This document shows positions 61,200-64,000 of a stretch of 64,000 bases of DNA, one piece after another. How positions within the stretch are numbered: the first letter of the stretch is position 1; every line of letters starts with the position of its first letter. Source of the stretch: Dendrobates tinctorius (Eukaryota); the NCBI RefSeq assembly GCF_039654945.1, contig NW_027361675.1:61070001-61134000 (forward strand), in the 5' to 3' direction. The notes below the pieces were generated by a model that made no database searches, was not told the origin of the DNA, and was given only the letters and a program-made list of their open reading frames with translations. Made by a program: the position numbers and the translations under genes.

Positions 61200-63640
61200 C
61201 ACTGTATGGATTACTAATTCAAGCTACAAAATCTTTTTGAACACTTTTTTGGAGTGTTATATTCCACATAAATGTAAAAGAAAGCAAATAGTACTGTATG
61301 CATGAGTAATATAATAGCAAAAACAAATTTAACACTTTTCTGGAGTGTTGTACTCTACAGAAATGTACCCCAGAGCATGCAATACTGAATGCATGAGTAA
61401 CTGAATGCAAAAACATCTTTGAATGCTTTTTTGGAGTGCTATATACCACTGAATTGTACCCAAAAGAACGTAATACTCTAAGGATGAGTATTTGTAATTG
61501 CATACAGATGCATTTTTTAACACGTTTTAGAGTCTTATATACCACTGAAATGTCACAGAAAGCATCTAATACTATATGGATGACTAATGTAATCCAGATA
61601 ATTTTTTAAATGCTTTTTTTGAGTCTTATATACCATTGAAATTGAACAGAAGCACCTAATACTTTAGCAATGACTGAAGGATGGGGAATGTAATGGCAGC
61701 TTACTATCCTTCTGAAACATGTGTAGCTGTAACAGGACACCTGGCTAAGCATGGGGGGCCAGCCTTCTCAGCTGCAGAGAAGAAATTCACACACCCACCA
61801 GCAAGCTAGAATCAAGCTCCTAAAAGAAGACCCCTGCAGATACCATGCTGTTTAACTGCTTTATGTCAGCTATGAGTTCATAAGGAGAATATGAACTTAT
61901 CGAAATCCCTAGCTGCACACCAGATACATTTTAGAGATTTCTGGAAGAGACCGAATGCCTCCCAGTGTCTTGCTCCATTCTAGCACCCTAGAGTGGGGAG
62001 ATGCATAGAATGGCTAGTAGGAGCTAGGTAGCAAAGATGTATTTTGTCTCAGTGCATAGCAGGGGCCCTGCCAGATCTGATGCCACCAAAACCACCTCCC
62101 TGCGAACCTTCATTAAGGAGTTATGACCTAACTTAGGTTTTGGAGTTTTTTGCTTCAAGAGGCAAGGTGAAGGGATTTAGGTTCAGCCCTGAGGGCAGGA
62201 GGGTAGTGACCCAAAGGAGATAAAAGCTAGTATGAAGCCGTTTGCCTCTCTCTCTGTTATGCTTGCTGTTATCTTCAAAAGTGGGGGCTAGGACTAGTAA
62301 CATGCTGTGATGCAACTAGGAACAAGCTGGCAGCCCATGCCCCCTGTGGCCCAGTGCACATTTGGTCAAACATCAAACCTGTGACTGACATGATCCATCT
62401 GTTCATATCTTTTGTATTTCACCCATATTTGCTTATCTGACCATTGTATATGTATAACCATTGTGTATAGAGTGTATTGTCTATTGTGTCCTGAAGGAAA
62501 TTAAATATAGAATTTAACTTTTGGCTGCTCTTTTATCTTGATCCACAAATCCACACATCTGTATTGTTGGTTTAACTTTCCATGCTACTGGGGCTGGTTT
62601 CTAGCAGACGTAATCCCATTAACGGCCTGGGTTTATATCTAACGATGTGGCAGTCCTACCGGGCAGGCAGCATTCTGTTTAACTGGTGCTAGTGAAAAGG
62701 ACCTCTCAGCCTGTCAGGGTTATGAGTGAGTGTAGCACCACATCAGTGACTGCATGAGTCACATCCTCTCATTCGTCATGCCTCCTTGGTCCCATGTGGA
62801 CAGGGGTTGTCTCTGTAAAACTGTACCAAGATGGCTTTACGTGTCCCCAGGGGTTGCAGAATGTCATGTTGGTGCAAAAGGGGAGACTGCACTATGCTAA
62901 CCTTCTGACGTAATAATGACATCATGTGGGGTGGCGAGGTGCAGGTTCATCACATGACATGACAGCGGTGGGATTTACCATGATTTCTCTGGTGCCATCC
63001 TTCACAATGACTAATGGAATCCAGAAAAATTTTTCAATGCTTTTTTGTAGACATATATACCACTAAATTGTGCTCCAGAGCACATAAAATTCTATGGATA
63101 AGTAATTGAAAAGAGTAAAACATGTTAATGCTTTTTTGGAGTGTTATCTAACACTGAATTGTATGCCAGAACACATAATACTCAATGTATGAGTAATTGT
63201 AAGTGAATAAAGAAACATTTTTAAACACTTTTTGGAGTCTTATATGCCACTGACATTTCACAGAAAGCACCTAATACTGTATCGATGTGTAATTGAATCC
63301 AGACAAATTATTAAATGCTTTTTTAGACTGTTATATAACAAATAAATATACCACAGACCAAGTGATAGTATATGGATGAGTAATTGAATACAGTGAATAC
63401 AGAAAAATGTTTCAACTCTCTATTAGACTGTTATGTAACACCAAAATGTACCGCATACCACGTAATAGTATATGAATGAGTAGTTGAATAAAGAAACATT
63501 TTTCAATGCTTTTTTGGACTGTTGTATAACACATACCACAGAACTCATAATAATATATGGATGAGTAATTGAATACAGAAAAATGTTTCATTGAATTTTT
63601 TGGACTGTAACGATTGCAGTCAAATATATTTTGCTTGAGC
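61200..63640. repeat. AT-rich ~90-bp degenerate tandem array (61200-61674 and 63005-63640) split by an LTR-like insertion
   Basis: ATGAGTAATTGAAT...AATGCTTTTTTGGAGTGTTATATACCACTG units. Inverse homolog at 39750-40090. Confidence 0.7.
61675..63004 (+). mobile_element. Solo LTR-like insertion (~1.33 kb)
   Basis: TGAAGGATGG...CCATCCTTCA termini flanked by direct repeat (CA)ATGAC. ATTAAA at ~62500. No ORF. Confidence 0.7.
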
Positions 63641-64000
63641 ATTTTAGAGAAACTATTTTAAAGTTCCAGCCGAGGACCATAGGGACAAAATTAGGCTTCT
63701 CCTATTACTGCTCCAGGTGTTTTTCAAGTCTCTCCTTATGTACATACATAGATGAGAAACCTGTCAATCAACTAGAATGGGAAAAGATGGCTGGTGGGCG
63801 ATGCTGTACTAGTCTCATGTCTCCATATGATCCCTGGCCGGACATTTTAGGTATACTTTCTCTGAATCCAGAGCGATTCCGAGTAAAATATACCTTCCTT
63901 GCTGCAATTGTGCAATTCATGTTGCCTGTGGTTTCAGCAGCATGAGTCAGCTGATAGGTTTCTTTTAATGCCATAGCTTTAAGGGTTTAACCTGACAGAG

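Overview
Eukaryotic, almost entirely transposon-derived DNA. The repeat families look like an anuran (frog) genome, which is an inference. No host protein-coding exon is confidently identified, and there is no CRISPR array or tRNA. Main contents: (1) a decayed PIF/Harbinger element running off the left edge (MADF gene +, transposase pseudogene -, right TIR at 6526). (2) A 7.7-kb Harbinger (10435-18124) with perfect 69-bp TIRs and TAA TSD, an intact two-exon DDE transposase and a convergent multi-exon MADF gene, inserted into a solo LTR. (3) A 10.1-kb hAT element (48282-58409) with 13-bp TIRs and a perfect 8-bp TSD. Its BED-finger transposase is broken by one 1-bp frameshift, and it carries two satellite arrays plus a diverged antisense 18S rRNA fragment. 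(4) Many non-autonomous or decayed elements: Harbinger MITEs, Tc1 relics, TTAA/piggyBac-type elements (one with telomere-like repeats), hAT-Charlie, Tc2-like, Helitron-like, CR1 LINE, solo LTRs and a Penelope-type hammerhead remnant. Coordinates were counted by hand and may be off by a few bases.
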